Shown piece by piece: positions 16,128 through 20,000 of a stretch of DNA of 20,000 bases (the stretch's first letter is position 1; the number at the start of each line of letters is the position of its first letter). Position numbers and translations under genes: made by a program. Source of the stretch: Emiliania huxleyi CCMP1516 (lineage: Eukaryota); assembly GCF_000372725.1 (NCBI RefSeq), contig NW_005201493.1, forward strand, positions 194,304 to 214,303. The letters run 5' to 3'. A model generated the notes under the pieces. That model had not been told where the DNA came from, made no database searches, and saw only the letters and a program-made list of their open reading frames with translations.

Positions 16128-18031
16128 TGATGGCGGAAGGCAATTTCGGCAGGCGAGGCCAGCGAAGCCGCGTGCCAGCAAAGCAGGGACTTCCGAAGGT
16201 CAAACGGGGATTGGTTCGATCCACTGGCTCGAAGGGCCCACCGCCGCAAACGGTCGTGTCTGGGGCGGAAAAGGGCAAGATGGGCGCGGTGCTGGCGTGG
16301 CTCGACGGTGGCGGATGGATCGACGCGACGCACGAGGGAGGCGACGTGGGCGGCGTCACGCTGCTGATGCTCTCCGCCAACAACGGCCGCGAGCGGGTGG
16401 TCGACCTGCTGTTGCGGTACGGCGCGGAGGTCGGCTTGCAGGACGGTGATGGCTGGACTGCGCTGGATTACGCCGCCCTCAACGGCCGCCCCATCGTCGT
16501 GCGCCGCTTACTCCGGGCGGGCGCAGACACGGCGTTGTGCGCTGCGAACGCGCTGCAGATTGCCGAGGAGGAGGGCCACTCAGAGTGCGTCGAGGCCTTG
16601 AGGGCTTACCTTGGGGAGGTGGCTGGCCGGCGCAAGGTGACCGCGGCAGAGGCGTCGGCGATCGGCACGGATGCGCTCGCAGGTCAGGCGTCAGCACGTG
16701 CCACGGCTTCGATCGGTGGCGCGGAAGCGGCCTCGATGGCTGGTTCGCCTTCACACGCGGTGGACGCCGGCAACGCGGAGACCCGAGCAGGGGCGGGCGG
16801 CGCTTCCTCGGGCGCAGCAGCGGCAGCTGCGGACGCGCCGCTGCTGGACCAGCGAGTCGTGCTCGGCGGACTCTCGGCCCGCCCCGAGCTGAACGGGCAG
16901 TCGGGCGTGGCGTGGAGCTTCGAGGGCGGGCGGTACGCTGTGGCGCTCGAGGGCGGCGGCAAGAACGTGCGGGTGCGGCCGGGCAATCTGTCGCCGGCTG
17001 CGGCGGCCGAGCAGGCGTCGAGCGATGGCGTGGCAGCTTCCGATGAGGTCGTGGCGGCGGCTGGGAGAGGTGACGAGGCGGCGGTGCTGGCGTGGCTGGA
17101 CAGTGGCGGGCGGGTCAACGCGACGGAGGGAGGCGACGCAGGTGGGTTCACTTTGCTAATGCTCGCTGCCAACCGTGGCCACGAGCAGGTGGTGGACACG
17201 TTGCTGCGGCACGGCGCCGAGATCGACCAACGGACTAGCAACAGCTGGACCGCGCTGATGCTCGCCGCCGACAACCACCAGCCCGCCGTCGTGCGCCGTT
17301 TGCTGCGCGCTGGCGCAAACTCGACGGTGCGTCACCGGAATGGCTTCAATGCGCTGCAGTTCGCCAAGGAATGCGCTGATTGCGTGCGCGCCCTCGAGGA
17401 CGCGACTGAGGCGGAGGCGGCGCGGCGTGGCGAGGCGCTGCTGGCGGAGATCGAGGCGGAGGAGGCGGCGAAGCAGCGCGCCAGGGTCAAGAAGGGCAAG
17501 AAGAAAAAGAAGGGCAAGGGCACGGCCCTGAGCGTCGCGCTTGGGCCGTCGCAGGAGCCCGAGGTGGTAGCGGCTGCGGCGGAGGCAGAGGCAGCGGCGG
17601 AGGCAGAGGCAGCGACGGAGGCAGCGACGGAGGCAGCGGTGGAGGCAGCGGTGGAGGCGGAGGCAGCGGCGGCCGCGTTGGCGGCGGCGGAGGAGGCGGA
17701 GCTGGCGGCGGCGCTCGAGGAGAGCGCGAGGATGGAGGAGGAGAGGCGGGCGGCGGAGGAGCGAGGGTCGCCCTCTTCGGCCGTGGCGCTGGCTGCGGGG
17801 GAGGAGGAGCCGCCGGACGAGTTCGGCTGCCCCATCACGACCGAGCTCATGAGCGACCCGGTGATGGCGGCCGACGGGCAGTCCTACGAGCGGTCGGCGA
17901 TCGAGCGCTGGCTCGCGACCAAGTCGACGAGCCCGATGACAGGCGAGGCGCTCGAGTACACGCACACGTTCCCAAACCACTTGCTGCGCCGGCAAATTCG
18001 GGCGTGGCAAGAGGCGCATCCGGGACGGTAG
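16127..18031 (+). CDS. Ankyrin-repeat / SH3-like / ankyrin-repeat / coiled-coil / U-box protein (putative E3 ubiquitin ligase)
   Basis: Intronless ORF with two ankyrin blocks (TLLMLSANNGRERVVDLLL, GWTALDYAA; TLLMLAANRGHEQVV, WTALMLAA). SH3-like RVVLGGLSARPELNG...GRYAVAL...VRVRPGNL at 16841-16990, a poly-K tract, an EA-rich helix, and U-box PDEFGCPITTELMSDPVMAADGQSYERSAIERWL...TSPMTG...PNHLLR. Start uncertain (15968, 16127 or 16280). Confidence 0.9.
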   Translation: MMAEGNFGRRGQRSRVPAKQGLPKVKRGLVRSTGSKGPPPQTVVSGAEKGKMGAVLAWLDGGGWIDATHEGGDVGGVTLLMLSANNGRERVVDLLLRYGAEVGLQDGDGWTALDYAALNGRPIVVRRLLRAGADTALCAANALQIAEEEGHSECVEALRAYLGEVAGRRKVTAAEASAIGTDALAGQASARATASIGGAEAASMAGSPSHAVDAGNAETRAGAGGASSGAAAAAADAPLLDQRVVLGGLSARPELNGQSGVAWSFEGGRYAVALEGGGKNVRVRPGNLSPAAAAEQASSDGVAASDEVVAAAGRGDEAAVLAWLDSGGRVNATEGGDAGGFTLLMLAANRGHEQVVDTLLRHGAEIDQRTSNSWTALMLAADNHQPAVVRRLLRAGANSTVRHRNGFNALQFAKECADCVRALEDATEAEAARRGEALLAEIEAEEAAKQRARVKKGKKKKKGKGTALSVALGPSQEPEVVAAAAEAEAAAEAEAATEAATEAAVEAAVEAEAAAAALAAAEEAELAAALEESARMEEERRAAEERGSPSSAVALAAGEEEPPDEFGCPITTELMSDPVMAADGQSYERSAIERWLATKSTSPMTGEALEYTHTFPNHLLRRQIRAWQEAHPGR

Positions 18032-19024
18032 GGGGTCGGACGGCTGGTCGCTCGCTCACTGACTGAGGAGTCATGGTGCGGGGAACGCTTGGTGATGTGG
18101 TCGTGATGTGAGGGGGGTGGGTTCGAGGCTGGGTGGGGTGGGTGGGGTGGGTTCACTGTCTGAGGGATTCCGAAACCGCAAGAATGGCAAAACGTATGAA
18201 ATATGTGGGGAAATGCATGTTTTTGGTCAAGCCCTTATACTCTTTAGTTCTTTAGAAGAGTAGTCCAGCAGTAGAGGTCAGAACTTGTCAGTGTGTGAAG
18301 GAGATGTCAGAGCGCACACGAGACACGTACTATAAACCACGCCGACCTTCCGAACTGCTTCACATGTACATGTCCCGCCCAGTAAACACCCACCCAGACC
18401 CACCCTGTGCCTTGCACTACCACGGCCAGGCCCGTGTTATGCCGTATTGCCGACAGAAACCCATCGCTCCACTGAGTCGAGTCTAGCCCACCGGCGCAGA
18501 GAGTGAGGCAAGATCGAGCCAAGCCCGACGCAGCCCTCGCGCGGACTCACGCCGCAGTAGCACAGGGAAGGGGCGGGAGGCGGCAATCGCACGAAGGGGG
18601 GGGCGGGCGGGGGGAGGTCCCGGTCCCGGTGCTGCCCTCCCCGCCTGGCTGCACTCGAGTCGCCCCCCCGGGGAGGGGCCCCGGGGCCCTTTCCCCAGTT
18701 TCCTTCCCCCCCAAAAAACCCCCTGGGGGGGGAAAGGCGCCCCCCCCCCCCCCCCCCCCCTTTTCGGGGGAGGGCCCTTCCCCCCCCCCCCCCCCCCCTC
18801 CCTCCCCCTAGGCATGCACGTTGTGGCCCTCCCCCAGCCACCCGCGCGCCGGGACTAGTCCGGCAGGCCGGGACGTGTCCGGGACACGTCCAGCGGCAGG
18901 CGGCGCCGCGCGCGAACCACGCGGCGCGCCGAGCGTCGCGACGCGCGTGCCTACAAGGGGAGATGTGGGGAGATGTGGGGAGATGTGGGGAGATAGACAC
19001 GACGCGCGTGCCCACAAGGGGCGT

Positions 19025-19294
19025 GCCATGGGTTCCGCGACTGCAGGATGGGGGGATGTGGGGAGAGATGCCATGGGTTCCGCGACTGCAGGATGGGGAG
19101 ATGTGGGGAGAGATGCCATGGGTTCCGCGACTGCAGGATGGGGAGATGTGGGGAGAGATGCCATGGGTTCCGCGACTGCAGGATGGGGAGATGTGGGGAG
19201 AGATGCCATGGGTTCCGCGACTGCAGGATGGGGAGATGTGGGGAGAGATGCCATGGGTTCCGCGACTGCAGGATGGGGAGATGTGGGGAGAGAT
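19025..19294. repeat. 45 bp minisatellite, 6 copies (GCCATGGGTTCCGCGACTGCAGGATGGGGAGATGTGGGGAGAGAT)
   Basis: Copies start at 19025, 19070, 19115, 19160, 19205 and 19250. Confidence 0.95.
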
Positions 19295-19554
19295 GGGGAG
19301 AGGTGGGGAGAGGTGGGGAGAGGTGGGGAGAGGTGGGGAGAGGTGGGGAGAGGTGGGGAGATGTGGGGAGAGATGGGGAGAGATGGGTGTCGGGGATACA
19401 CGGGCCTGTCTTTCGCTTCTAGGGCGGCGAGATACGGGGAGATACGGGGAGATACGGGGAGATACGGGGAGATATGGGGAGAGATACGGGGAGAGATTCC
19501 GCATCTATAGGGGCGTGCCTGCACTCGCCGCCACAGCCTCTACGCGCGCCCGCT

Positions 19555-19714
19555 CTACGCCGCGCTCTTGCGCTTGCGCGTCGCCGGCTTTGCGGCGGCG
19601 GTGGCCGCCTGTTCAGATATGGGGAGATATGGGGAGATATGGGGAGATATGGGGAGATATGGCGGTGGCCGCCTGTTCTTAGTGCCTTGTGTGTGTGTGT
19701 GTGCATGCGTGCGT

Positions 19715-19790
<76 letters not shown>

Positions 19791-19805
19791 GTGCGTGTGT
19801 GTGTG

Positions 19806-19884
<79 letters not shown>

Positions 19885-20000
19885 CTGTAGTGCCTTGTGT
19901 GTGTCTTGCGCCCACCGCGCCAGTCCCAGTCGTTGACGTGTGTCTCGCCTCTCTAAGCTCTCTCTGGCTGCCTTTGCCGCCTCGCCGCCGTCAGTGGCTA
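19555..20000 (-). CDS. Probable 3' end of a spliced gene entering from the right edge
   Basis: Best model: exon ending at 19972 (ATDGGEAAK), GC-AG intron 19971-19609, then exon 19608-19555 (AATAAAKPATRKRKSAA*, with NLS-like RKRK). Other exon and frame combinations are possible. Confidence 0.4.
19688..19883. repeat. (GT)n microsatellite
   Basis: Directly visible. Confidence 1.

Noticed and set aside
16213..16222. B-box-like GGTTCGATCC suggesting a tRNA or SINE
   Set aside because: No T-stem pairing, A-box or cloverleaf found; lies within the ORF.
18590..18810. G/C homopolymer-rich tract (possible G-quadruplex)
   Set aside because: Looks like low-quality read sequence with inflated homopolymers.
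19025..19294. CRISPR-like regular array
   Set aside because: Units are near-identical head-to-tail with no unique spacers; eukaryotic context and no cas genes.
19673..19685. 13 nt micro-exon giving an alternative in-frame model
   Set aside because: Splice phases fit, but the acceptor lacks a pyrimidine tract and the resulting frame has atypical codons.

Overview
GC-rich eukaryotic genomic DNA with three assembly gaps. Frequent GC splice donors, introns filled with 10-11 bp tandem repeats and bipartite plastid presequences point to a haptophyte such as Emiliania/Gephyrocapsa huxleyi (inference). From left to right: (1) spliced minus-strand exons of an unknown protein and a Cys/His-rich, Ala-rich minus-strand ORF; (2) a 3-exon plus-strand gene combining a SANTA (KNL2/M18BP1-type) domain, a macrodomain, a Tudor/SH3-like barrel and a PHD finger; (3) a ~3.2 kb non-LTR retrotransposon fragment, truncated at both ends, encoding RT, a chromodomain-like module and RNase H; (4) a 15-exon AAAP/SLC38-type amino-acid transporter whose introns use GC, GT and two GA donors and often begin with copies of the next exon; (5) a small plastid-targeted hypothetical protein; (6) a DUF7726-like protein; (7) an intronless ankyrin/SH3-like/ankyrin/U-box gene preceded by a 34 bp direct repeat; (8) the probable 3' end of a minus-strand gene among tandem repeats. 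All domain calls are by-eye motif recognition, not database searches.
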